Assembly: GCA_964106645.2 (NCBI GenBank)
Contig: OZ067040.1
Source: Podarcis pityusensis
Taxonomy: Eukaryota
Length of the DNA stretch: 64,000 nt
Direction: 5' to 3' (one strand)
Shown here: piece after piece, positions 27,019 through 38,545 of the stretch
Layout of the letters: the number at the start of each line of letters is the position of its first letter
Position numbering within the stretch: position 1 is the stretch's first letter
Made by a program: the position numbers and the translations under genes
Notes under the pieces: model-generated
Told to the model about the DNA's origin: nothing
Seen by the model: the letters and a program-made list of their open reading frames with translations, nothing else
Databases searched by the model: none

Positions 27019-27235
27019 TTACAGGTAGGTAGCCGTGGTGGTCTGCCGTAATCGAAACAAGATAAAAAAATTCCTTCCAGTAGCACCTTAGAGACCAACT
27101 AAGATTGTTATTGGTATGAGCTTTCGTGTGCATGCATGGTATCTGAAGAAGTGTGCATGCACACGAAAGCTCATACCAATAGCAAACTTAGTTGGTCTCT
27201 AAGGTGCTACTGGAAGGAATTTTTTTATTTTGTTT
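27019..27235. mobile_element. Penelope-like element remnant with inverted partial pseudo-LTR
   Basis: ~82-bp inverted arms 27055-27136 and 27154-27235; 12-bp TSD AGACATGACTAA (27007-27018, 27236-27247); contains a hammerhead motif. Confidence 0.8.
27137..27178 (+). ncRNA. Minimal type I hammerhead ribozyme motif
   Basis: TGGTAT (stem I 5') - CTGAAGA - A - GTGTGC AT GCACAC (stem II) - GAAA - GC - TC - ATACCA (stem I 3'); predicted cleavage after C27172. Confidence 0.78.
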
Positions 27236-28364
27236 AGACATGACTAACTTAGGTTCATTATTTCAGTTCATTTACTCTGAAAAGAACTTAGCTAGAGCCA
27301 ACCCTTAGTAGTTCTAAGGGACTTAAAAACAGCCACCTACAATTATACACACAATATAATACTTCTTTTTAAAAGTTCATGACGGAATGGAGCGGATATG
27401 ATCCCTCATTCATGAGTAGCTAAATTATTTACTTACATAAACCACACTGAGCATCATTTGAGCGAAAGTTGTGCCACAAATTTTACAATTCAATTAACAC
27501 ATGAATTATAGTTTTGGGCAATGCTGGCAACACCATATCAGTAATGGTATCCAATAACTGAGGCAGAACCAAGACACAAAACGCTTTATTTTAAAAGTAT
27601 AAAAGATAACAACAGCAAGAGGATTGAGCACCTGGGTCTGAGCTGCCCCGCATTGCTACTTCCTTTCATAGTAGGGGGTAAGGGGCCTATGGCCCTCCAG
27701 ATACTGGACTCCAACTTGAATCAACCTCAGCCAGAATAGCAACTAGCCAGAGATCATTGGAGTTGGTGCTCAGTAATATCTGGAGTTTATAGTCCCATCT
27801 GTCATAAAGGTATACTACCTACAAAATGTCTACTTCAGTAGTAGTCCTGACACCATCACCTAGCATGGCCAGTAAATTCTGAGGCTCAAAGACTCCAGTG
27901 GGCCCACTGACACCTTTGATGTGTCCACATTCCCTGCCCCCTTTTGTCTGAGTCTTGGGATTCAGCTATACAGCTGCAAATAAAATGTTTTAAGTGTGTT
28001 ATAAAGTGTAATATACAAATGTGACACTAGATGGCAACAGTGAGCTATGGCAAAATCGATGTGTTTTTCAAAACCTTTTTTTTAAAAAAAGCATTTTCAC
28101 AGTGTTTTTTCAATATGTGTGTACATTCCACCTTGGAGTATTTGGTGCAACTTATCCTTCCGCACAGACCAACACAACACTGTCAGTGGTGCCATGATGA
28201 TCTGCTACTAGTCCAATTTTGCAGACCTGGGGATCCAGCAGAAATGGCAGAATTCACATGACTGTAAGGTCTTCAACACACAAGTTGTAGTGCTAGCTGT
28301 AGGAAAACTCAGATTATAGTTTTAGCATATAATTATGTTATGGAACACTGTGCAGGGAGACATG

Positions 28365-28962
28365 TGTCAGGAGCTGGAGTTAAGAGCAGGTCAGCAATAA
28401 AAAAACACTGGTGTAGGTAAAATTAACTCTTTAGTCAAGGAAACCAAAACTATGCAGGCCTACTGATCCCAGCAACTCTTCCCGGTAGACCTTTCCCCAG
28501 TGAGGCAGTTGCAAGGCTCCTCCCCCAGGTCCTTCCCAAGCAATCTTAGACTTCTTCACTGTGTCTGTCTTTGCTCCTCCCTCTTCATACGTCCTCTGGT
28601 TCTGGGATACCAGGTGGGAGGGGAGTTGGGCACAGCAGGAGGGAGAGACTCCCTGGTTTATTCAGCAGCCTGCCTCATCTCTCCTCTCCTGCCTCTGAGT
28701 CTGGACTGCTCTGTGCCACAGCCTGCTCTCTGCCATAGCATCTTCCTGCTCACTAAACGCAGTTGCCTCTCCTGCTTCTGACACCTCCCTTCTCTCCTCC
28801 TCCTCCTCCTCCCCTCAGGATGCTCCCTTTTCTCCCCCTGACCACACATTGTCATCCCACCAACAATCCCCTGGCTCTGAGCCTTCTTACTCTGGGAGTT
28901 CCCTTGGGGGTTCCCCAGCTGGTGCCTCCCACCACTCCTCTGTATCCAGCTAGTCCATGACA
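28365..28962 (-). mobile_element. Solo LTR (598 bp), probably Gypsy-type
   Basis: TGTCA...TGACA termini with short imperfect inverted repeats; perfect 5-bp TSD ACATG (28360-28364, 28963-28967). Strand and superfamily are tentative. Confidence 0.75.
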
Positions 28963-30782
28963 ACATGACACTTTGAGCAAGGGAATTATATTCATCTTAT
29001 CATGGGGTCTGGGTTAAGTCTACATCACTTGAAGTAGTGCTGTTCTCATCAAAGTAGAACCATCCTTGGGCACACGTGCTCTTAGTGGCCACAATGGGGA
29101 AATATAGACTTACTACTTACTGTGTAATATAAGCAAATTATGAATTATTCTGTCTGTGTAGTTCCCATGAAATCATTGGGACTACACTGCTAGATGTGTG
29201 AGGGAATTGTTCCCTAAAGAATTGGCACTACATTAATTGAAGACAATGACACCGTTGCCTTTAACCTTAATGGTTCAGAATCCGAATAAACTTAAGCAGT
29301 GCAATTACACTGTGGATGAGAACTAATTGCCTCCTGGTGCTGGTGCTGCCGATTTAAATAAATTAATGCCCCTTAGTATGTGTATTTTTTTACCATGCAG
29401 GTATGCTGACTACATAGCAATTCCAGCGACATTACTCTGTTGTGTACATTACCATATCATTATGGAAAATTAGCAGTAATTACAAGTGTACAAACACAAA
29501 TCAATTTTTGTTTTTATGCAACTATGCATTACGCTGAATATATGGTATAATTACAGCCAGCACATCCGAATGTATATCCAAGCATTTTTTATCTCCCTAT
29601 GTTATAAAAAATAGAATGCTCATATTATTATAACGACACATCATGTAGCATTAATATATATATTGGACAAGATTGTAAAAGTTTATAGGACAAGGCTCCT
29701 ACCAGCACATGCACACGCACGCACACTCTACAATATTATACTATATACACTTGCATTACCTTTTGTTTTTGTATTGTACATTGCCTTGTGCACTTTTTGT
29801 GGAATTATTATTATTATTGTTATTATTATTATTATTCCAACAGAATGGTAGCTCATAAAAACAATATAAGAACACAAAACAGACCCAAGTCTGGAACCAG
29901 GTACAGGCAGTCTGTATCTGCTCAAAGAGAATACTCTTTTTATTTTGCATGCTTCACAGTTGTGCCATGCATTGTTCCCTGCTGTGCTGCTTTTTTCCCA
30001 GAGCAGTAGGTGCAACTGCAATGTGAAGCGCCTCCTGCAATATATAGCCCTGAACCAATGAGTCAGGCTGCCCTGTCTCAGTTCTGCATCCTACAAGTGT
30101 TCAATGTGCCACTTTGTCTGCTTGCAGCCTGGGGGTCAGATCTACTATAACTCCCCTATTATAACCTTTCAGCTTCACAGACTTTCAGGCTCAATACAAG
30201 GTGCTGGTTTACTTGTCCCAAACAGTTGTTGACTAGATTATCTGAAGGATAAACTACATGAACCTACTTGTATGCTAAGATCATTGGGAAAAACCCTGTT
30301 GCCCAGCTCTTTACCTTGGAAAGCGCAAAAGTTGGGGGAGCGTGATTAGGCTTTTATCAGTGGTGGCTCCCAAACTGTGGAACCTTGTATCCAGGAGACT
30401 CAGCTTGCACCATATATTTTCATTTTCAGATGGAGAGTAAAAACCATTCCAATTACAGTCTAATGCTATACATGTCTATCCGAAGTAAGCTTCCAGGTAA
30501 GTGCTGTTTTGCTGGGTAATTTATGTATATATTTTATGTGGGGGGGGGGAGCATTACAGGTAATAGAACAAGTGATATTTTACAAGGTTATTTTGTGTAG
30601 CTGTACTCTGGGAACCCTTGAGGTCAACAATTCTTATAAATATATAAATTAAATCCCCAATGGTAACTTAATGTCCAGTCTTCTCAAACATCTTTACTGC
30701 TGCTTCTACTTCTCACTAGAAAGGTTCCATCTTCTCCAGTACACAAATGACCCATTCAACTCAGTGGTGCCACCAGAGCAGC

Positions 30783-31032
30783 AGAAGAAGAAGAGTTTGG
30801 ATCTGATATCCCGCTTTATCACTACCCGAAGGAGTCTCAAAGTGGCTAACAGTCTCCTTTCCCTTCCTCCCCCACAACAAACACTCTGTGAGGTGAGTGG
30901 GGCTGAGAGACTTCAAAGAAGTGTGACTGGCCCAAGGTCACCCAGCAGCTGCATGTGGAGGAGCGGAGACACGAACCCGGTTCCCCAGATTATGAGTCTA
31001 TCGCTCTTAACCACTACACCACACTGGCTCTC
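30783..31032 (-). mobile_element. Squam3-like SINE
   Basis: Reverse-complement near-identity to 26136-26402. Confidence 0.88.
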
Positions 31033-31164
31033 GCAGGGCATCTGGGCAAAAGTCTGGGTCTCCACTAAAGCAGAATGAGCAGGACAGCCTCCATATTTTG
31101 AAGTAAGTAAAGTAATACACATGGCCATATAAAGAACCTTTGTCTTTTAAGACCCTTAATTTAG

Positions 31165-31350
31165 GGTGAGCCACAGCTCAGTGGGAGAGAATTTTCCTTG
31201 CATACCTAAAGTCCCATGTTCAATCCAGGTATGGCTGGAAGAGACCCCTGTTTGTCATCCTGGAGAGCCACTGCAAGCCAGAGTGGACAGAACTCAACTA
31301 GATGGAACAATGGTCTGACTTCATATAAGGCAGCCTCCTATGTTCCTATG
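31165..31350 (+). mobile_element. Squam2-like tRNA SINE
   Basis: CAGCTCAGTGG box A, GTTCAATCC box B, tail AAGGCAGCCTCCTATGTTCCTATG. Confidence 0.75.
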
Positions 31351-31654
31351 CTCCCGAGTCTAAAATTACCTAACTGCATCATTTGACTTTCACCCATTTG
31401 GCTCCTCTCAGAGACATCCTTTAAGGAGGGCTGGGGATGGGCATATTTCAGACTATATGTCTTTATTTCTGAGTCAAACAGCTGTATCTATCTTAGCTTT
31501 CTGGTTATAACAAACAAGAGATAGAGAGATGCTAGAATTATTTCATATTTTATGTAAAGTACCTTAAACAATAGGTAGGTAGGTATTGGTATTCAAAAGT
31601 AAGCACAACAAAGAGCCTTAAGGTATTGAGCCCTTTGGCCTTGTTTTCTGGAAA

Positions 31655-31870
31655 ACCAGTGTGGTGTTGTGGTTAGTGTGTCAGCCTAGCACCTGGGAGA
31701 CAAGGGTTCAAATACCCACTGGGTGACCTTGGGCCAGTTACTGTCTCTCAATCTAATATACCTCACAGGCTTGTTGTAGGGATTATATTGTTGTTGTTGT
31801 TGTTGTTGTTGTTGTTATTATTATTATTATTATTATTATTAATATACTGCCCTATACCCGGGGTCTCAGG
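31655..31870 (+). mobile_element. Older Ther1/Squam3-type SINE with compound (GTT)n(ATT)n tract
   Basis: CCAGTGTGGTGTTGTGGTTAG..GGGTTCAAATACC..GGGTGACCTTGGGCCAGT; microsatellite 31787-31841. Confidence 0.65.
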
Positions 31871-34389
31871 GGGAGGACAATGCATTGCACCTTGAGCTCC
31901 TTGGAGGGAAAAGGTGGAATATATATGCAATAAATAAATAAAAGCTTTCCCTCCGTTGGGTTTCTTTTACCTCTCCATAGAAATATGAAAGAACACTCTG
32001 GGGATTCCCTAGTATATGTGGCCACCCACCCTTCTTTCCCCTGCACACATCCCTGCTGCCGTCTCTGTGGGTCAATTATTTGTTCACTTTTCTAGCTGGA
32101 TTAAAAAAGGTGCCCTTTCTTGACCCATCTAAAATTCACAGGCATAGCACAACAGCCAAAAACAAATTATACTTCTTCCGCACAACCCCCAAACAGCCCC
32201 CAAATGGCAAATACTCAAATATTTTCCATAGTTACTTTGGACGTGTAAAACAGTGAAAACAATCTCTCACTCTCTTTTTTTATTTTCCTCTTGACCCAAG
32301 AGCCCTCTTTGCAAAATAGAAGAACAATAAGTTACGGACTTAGCTATGGCCCACTACTCATGGTATTCTCTGTCCTGCAATACTAAAGCAAACCAGTGTC
32401 TGCTTTCATGGGGATCAAGAGTTCATTGCCCAGATTGCTTCTGCACCAAATTCTTTAGGACTACTCCCTTGCTCATGCAAAGCGTTTTCTTTTCTAGTCA
32501 GCCTCTTACAAAAATGACATTTATTGGAGAGAATGAATTGGTGGGAACGGCAAGAAATTATTTTGAGTATTCTCTTTGAGGAACTGATTACAAGATGTTT
32601 GGCTGCTCGGTCAAATCTGATTTGCATCTATTAAAAGCAGCACTGGGGGGCTTCCTTTATGAGTTTCATTAATCTCTATTTCCAGATGTATTTCCGATGC
32701 ATGGAACATCATAGTCCTTGTTTTTGTGGGATAACCAGCCTCATATAACCTACAGGCTTTAATTAATGCATGAAGGAGTTAATGCCATAGAGAAAGCTGT
32801 CCCATCAGGCTTAGCTAGGCCATTCCCCCTCACCTTGACTTGAGGGCAATCAAGTTTTTGTCCTTTGGTCTACCATGTGAACACCAGCAAAGCCATCCTT
32901 GTGTTTGTATAGCAACACAAAGCTATTCTTGTGTTGCTATACAAATAATTTAGGAACACTTTAACAACTTTGGAATTAACCTAAGTCTTACCGCCTGTGT
33001 TTTCTGAATGCCATATAGAAAAGCACATGAATCTGACCTTTGAAAAGTTTGTAAGTAAACCATTTTTAACGTACCAAAGATGTAGTCTTCTTCTATGCTA
33101 GGGAAAGTGGAAAACTTTGGAAGGAACTCGCAAGGGCATATTTTAAAGGTTTAAACAGCCTACGCTTTGCTTTACTGCATTTTTTTGTGATTTAAAATCT
33201 CTGCTGGGGTTCTCTCACCCAAGAGTACCAGCACCAAACCTGGATCTTGGCATCCATGGAATTTTTATACCTAAATTTTTCATTGCCAACCAACAGTTTT
33301 TAGTAATGGTCTGTTGTAGAAGGAGAAGCAGGAGAGCAAAAACTCAAGGTTGCATTTGTATTTAATGGCTTGTGGGTGCAAAGAGTAGGAAAATCTGTGA
33401 GGGGTATTGCTCTCTTAGACAGTTATTTCTTTCCCCATGCAACCACTTTGTCTTGGAATATGATTTTGTTGATGTTGTTGTTAATAATGCTACAATCTGG
33501 ACCTCAATTGCTGCCTTAGCCACTGATGCACATTTGCTTTAAATGTTTTGGGGACATTCACTGTGCATACTTGGAGCCATGAAATAATACAGGTTCTCCA
33601 GGCAGAAAAAGCAAGCTAAGTAAGCCAAAGTATGATAAAAACTGCATTATGCCAAAATTCATATGTGGTCTGATTTTCAGTGTGAAAGTTGCTGGGGCTT
33701 AGCAAAAAATCAGAGACTCCTTTCCACTTTCAATGCATGTTATTGCACCTGTTCACAGCTCCCATCAACTGCTTCTTCAGCACCATTCTCCCCCACTTGA
33801 GGTATAATCCCAGCCAATCAAGGACTAAATGGTGGACCTGACAATGTCACAGTGCCATATAACAATCAGATTAGGCTTTCTGATAAGCTCTCTGAGGGCA
33901 AATAAAATCCTTCCATGGCTTTAATTCTAAATGGAGAGGGAAAGGGGGTGCATGTCTCTTGCATAGGTAATCAGGCCATTGTCCTGTGTCTTGCCAAGCT
34001 GGGCCTCCATTATCTGCAAGCACTGTGTGCCAAGACTTTAACCCTAAGCACTAATCATACATACATACTGTGTCACTAGTTGAGTCAGAATGTGGGTTGC
34101 ACATTCAGACATCCATGTCACCTATACACACTGTATTCAGGAGTTCATTCAAATGTGCATCCTCACTGAAGTATGTGACTGGATTAGGGTAAGAGGAGCA
34201 TTTTTTCTTTCCTTGACACTTCCCTTTGTGAATAATTCCATACCCTTTTCACAAAAGGGTGCAAAAATGGATGAAAAGGAAGGGCATGTTTCATATGTGT
34301 AAATGTTCATGAAATAGACTTTCCATATTGGCTCAGCCAAAAGTAAGCTGTAAAACTGGGATAAGAATACAGTTGATCATTGACCATGT

Positions 34390-34497
34390 AGGTAAAGGTA
34401 AATGACCCCTGGACAGTAAGTCCAGTCAAAGGCAACTATGGGGTGCAGCACTCATTTTGCTTCAGGCAAAGGACCTCTGGATGGTTAAGTCCAGTCC
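34390..34497 (-). mobile_element. Sauria SINE 3' fragment
   Basis: AGGTAAAGGTAAA..ACCCCTG..AGTCCAGTC..GGGGTGC, as at 5371. Confidence 0.6.
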
Positions 34498-34670
34498 AAT
34501 TTGCCTGGGTCATCATATCTGTCAGCACACTCTGAGTCAGTCATGTGTGTGTGAGCACCCTAGCTGTTCTCTGTCCCTCTCTTCTCCCCAGTCCTGTCTA
34601 AAAATATATGTGATAAAGGGAAACATCCTGAGAACTGCAGCAAAACTTATTTGACCTTATTGTGACAGAT

Positions 34671-34858
34671 AGGTCACATCTGCACCTTACGTTTAAAGCA
34701 TATTTAAACACATGTCTTCTTCCAAAGAATCCTGGGAACTGTAGCTTACCCCTCGCAGATCTACAATTACTAGCACCCTTAACAAACTTGAGTTCCCAGT
34801 ATTCTTTGGGAGGTGGCATGTGCCCGAAATGTGCTTTGAATGTGTGGTGTGACTGTAT
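34671..34858. mobile_element. Degenerate palindromic MITE (Harbinger-like, tentative)
   Basis: Imperfect inverted arms CACC..TTTAAAGCATATTT..CCAAAGAATCCTGGGAACT / AGTTCCCAGTATTCTTTGG..AAATGTGCTTTGAA..GGTG. Confidence 0.5.
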
Positions 34859-35700
34859 GTTGCGTTGGTGTGGTAAACAATGAAGGTAAGAGCAAAGAGT
34901 GGCTCTGACACTCCTCCGTGGTGTCACAGAAAAGCACTGAATGAGAATGCTGTGAGAATATGAAAACTTGCACGTAATTGGAAGGAAATGTAGATGGTCC
35001 TACTCAATGACAGCTCTAGGATTTGGGGTGCAGTCCAGGTTTTACCCCAGAAGCTGGGAGAAGCAGGGCATGAAAACCAATGATTATATTGCCTGACTTC
35101 CTGCAGAGTGAGAATGACGAGACCATTGGGGCAGTAGGCCATTTGCCTGGCTCAACATTGCCACCCTCTGGACCCAGCTTTGCTTCTACAACTGCAAATG
35201 AAGAAAAAAAACTATATGGGTTAGCATTGAAGAGGAGGCATCATGACAAAGACAAGATGCAACTTCATTTCATATTATAGCACAGAATGGAGAAACTTAT
35301 TCAGTCCAACTTATTCACTCATCCAGGCCTTCTGGGTTTATCCTTTTGAGGGCCACATGCCAGTGATTGGTAGGGCCAGAGGCAAAAGTGGGTGGAGCAG
35401 CAAATGTTGAGTTTTACTTTTGCACAGTAGACTCACTTACTCACTCACTCACTCACTCACTCACGCACACACCTTTATCCTATATCCAGACAAACAAGAA
35501 GAATTAGCAGAGTTCAAGGATGCATTCCAGCTAAGCAAAAATGTTCAATATATGCAGTAGGGCCAAGGAGGGGTTGGGTGCTGAGAGAATTCTGAAGACT
35601 AGGTAGAGAGGTGTGGAAGTCTATCTCTCACCTTCAGGCTCAAGGTTTCCCATAGCTGGGAAAAACACTGACAGAATGTTGTAACTGGGTTGCTGAGATA

Positions 35701-36665
35701 CAGTGGTGCCCCGCAAGACGAATGCCTCGCAAGACGGAAAACCCGCAAGACGAAAGGGTTTTCTGTTTTGGAGGCGCTTCGCAAGACGAATTTCCCTATG
35801 GGCTTGCATCGCAAGACGAAAGCCCATAGGGAAATGCTGGCGGTCGGGAGCAAAGACTTTCGCCCACAGCCGGCCTTCAGAAGAGGACCTCTTCTGAAGG
35901 CCGGCGGGGGGCAAAAGTCTTTGCTCCCCCCCGCCTGCCTTCCCCCCGCCTGCCCCGGGCGATCTTAAAATGCTGGCGGGCGGGAGCGAAGCGTTCGCTG
36001 CCGACCCCCAGCATTTTAAAATCTCCCCCTGTCCCGGGGAGATTTTAAAATGCTGGGGGTCGGCAGCGAAGCGTTCGCTGCCGACCCCCAGCATTTTAAA
36101 ATCTCCCCGGGACAGCAGAGAAGTCTCTGCTGTCCCGGGGAGATTTTAAAATGCTGGGGGTCGGCAGCGAACGCTTCGCTCCCGACCCCCAGCATTTTAA
36201 AACGCTGTTCCGAAGCGGGGCGGGGGGCGGGAACACCTGCCCCAGCCGCCCCACTTCGGAACGCTGTTCCGAAGCGGGGCGGGGGGCGGGAACACCTTCT
36301 GAAGGCGGGCGGGGGGCGAAAGTCTTTGTCCCCCCTGCCTGCCTTCCCAGGGGCTTTTAAATCGCCCCGGACAGCGGAGAAGTCCTCCGCTGTCCGGGGC
36401 GATTTTAAAATGCCGCCCGCCAGCATTTTAAGATCGCCCGGACAGCGGAGAAGTCCTCCGCTGTCCTGGGGTTTTTTAAAATGCTGGGGGTGGGAAGAAA
36501 AGCCCTTGTCCCCCCCCCCCCCAGCCTTCAGAAGGCGGTTTCCCTAGGAATGCATTGATTGATTTTCAATGCATTCCTATGGGAAACCGTGCATCGCAAG
36601 ACGAAAAACTCGCAAGACGAAGAGACTTGCGGAACGAATTAATTTCGTCTTGCGAGGCACCACTG
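35701..36665 (+). mobile_element. 965-bp non-autonomous Tigger-like element with GC-rich palindromic core (element A)
   Basis: TIRs CAGTGGTGCCCCGCAAGACGAA / TTCGTCTTGCGAGGCACCACTG, TA TSDs, repeated subterminal CGCAAGACGAA. Confidence 0.9.
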
Positions 36666-36805
36666 TATTGCCAGTGGGTCTCTGACAACAGTTTTCTTTG
36701 CAACTTGTTGGAATTTTTCTGGAAAGGGTAAATTCAGATGAAATGGCATTTTTACGACAATGCCATGATGCGGACACGGCAAAGAGCTCACATGCTTAAA
36801 GAGCA

Positions 36806-37134
36806 CAGATCTGAAGGAGCGTCTCCACCCCCATCGTTCTGCCCGGACGCTGAGGTCCAGCGCCGAGGGCCTTCTGGCGGTTCCCTCATTGCGAGAAGCA
36901 AAGCTACAGGGAACCAGGCAGAGGCCCTTCTCGGTAGTGGCGCCCGCCCTGTGGAACGCCCTCCCATCAGATGTCAAAGCGATAAATAACTACCTGACAT
37001 TTAGAAGACATCTTAAGGCAGCCCTGTTCAGGGAAGTTTTTAATCTGTGATATTTTACTGTATTTTTGGTTTCTATGGAAGCCGCCCAGAGTAGCTGGGG
37101 AAACCCAGCCAGATGGGCGGGGTACAAATAATAA

Positions 37135-37178
<44 letters not shown>
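36806..37178 (+). mobile_element. Young L2 LINE 3' end with (ATT)n tail
   Basis: Reads LKERLHPHRSARTLRSSAEGLLAVP...FSVVAPALWNALPSDVK...FRRHLKAALFREVF; CpGs retained; tail 37134-37178. Confidence 0.88.
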
Positions 37179-37310
37179 CTCACAATAAACACATGTCTAG
37201 AAACACCCTCTGTGTGTGAGACAGACAGAACAAGCCCTACAGGGTAATGGGCTTGTTGATGGAGGAGGAGGTGCCTTTCAATAGCAGAGACCACATAAAA
37301 TGTCAGTTTT

Positions 37311-37559
37311 AGAAGAGAAGAGGAGGAGTTTGGACTTGATATCCGACCTTCCACTCCCCTTAAGGAGTCTCAAAGCGGCTAACAATCTCCTTTCCCTTCC
37401 TCCCCCACAACAAACACTCTGTGAGGTGAGTGAGGATGAGAGACTTCAGAGAAGTGTGACTAGCCCAAGGTCACCCAGCAGCTGCATGTGGAGGAGCGGG
37501 GAAGCGAACCCGGTTCACCTGATTACGAGTCCACCACTCTTAACCACTACACTACACCA
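37311..37559 (-). mobile_element. Squam3-like SINE
   Basis: Homologous to 26136-26402 in reverse. Confidence 0.85.
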
Positions 37560-38277
37560 TGCTGGAACAAAGGAACAAAAAACAGCAAGTGTTTCCTTTG
37601 GGTAGAGGATGGACAATATAAATGGTTATTATACAAGGAGCCACTATAAAAGGACAGAAAATGTGCTTCTCTGCATACTTATGAATATCATAATACCAAG
37701 AGAACATGTACAAAGGATGACAGCTGCAGCACCCTTTCCACCCACAGCCTGCATAGCTAAGATGTAATGCTCCAAGATCAGAAAAGTCATAGGAAGAGCT
37801 TACGGAGGAAACACTAAATCAAAGGGGTACATATCTTAGGAAGCCTTGAATCGTAGACCCATTAATAAATAAAGAAGGAGGCAAATTTCAGATTTTGACG
37901 AATAATCTCCAGCGGCTGAGCTGCTGAACTATTTATTTGGTTGTTTTAATTATCTTTACTAAGGAAAGTAATAATAAGTGATATGAACAACCAAACTAAG
38001 GTAACATTTAGCAAAGTGAATGCTAGTAAGGAAATATGGGGGGGGGGGGGGCAAGATGATAGTTGTGGGATTATATAAGCCCACTTAAGAAAAAGTAATA
38101 AATTCATATTCTCTGACACTGGAGTACAGAAGTGAAGGAAAGCAAAAAGAGAACTCTTAAGAGATTCTAGGAAAGGATGGGTGAAGCCTAAGAATAAAAT
38201 GCAGATTCTTTGTAACTCTACACATTGGCCCCCATAGTAAATAAATGATGAGAGGAACAGCAGTGTATCAGATTGTT

Positions 38278-38372
38278 GGGCTGCAGTCCTATGCATATTT
38301 ACCTGGGAGTAAGTTCCATTGGACCAAATGGGAGTTATGTACTTCTGAGTGGACATGTACAGGATAACATTG
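38278..38372. mobile_element. ~90-bp palindromic MITE (other copies near 8968-9064, 38397-38481, 30453-30505)
   Basis: GGCTGCAGTCCTATGCAT..TACCTGGGAGTAAG..TACTTCTGAGT..ACATGTACAGGAT imperfect hairpin, recurring in the window. Confidence 0.55.
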
Positions 38373-38495
38373 TTGGTGTCATGAACTACATAATATTTGC
38401 AGTGTGATTCAATGCATGTTCAGACATTAGCAAATCCCACCAAGTTCAATTCATCCCTGATATGTGCCTTTAGGATTGCCTTTATATAGGATTAT

Positions 38496-38542
<47 letters not shown>

Positions 38543-38545
<3 letters not shown>

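Noticed and set aside
35599-36547. ORFs inside element A as a transposase
   Set aside because: Translations of palindromic repeats; no DDE/D or HTH signature and too short.
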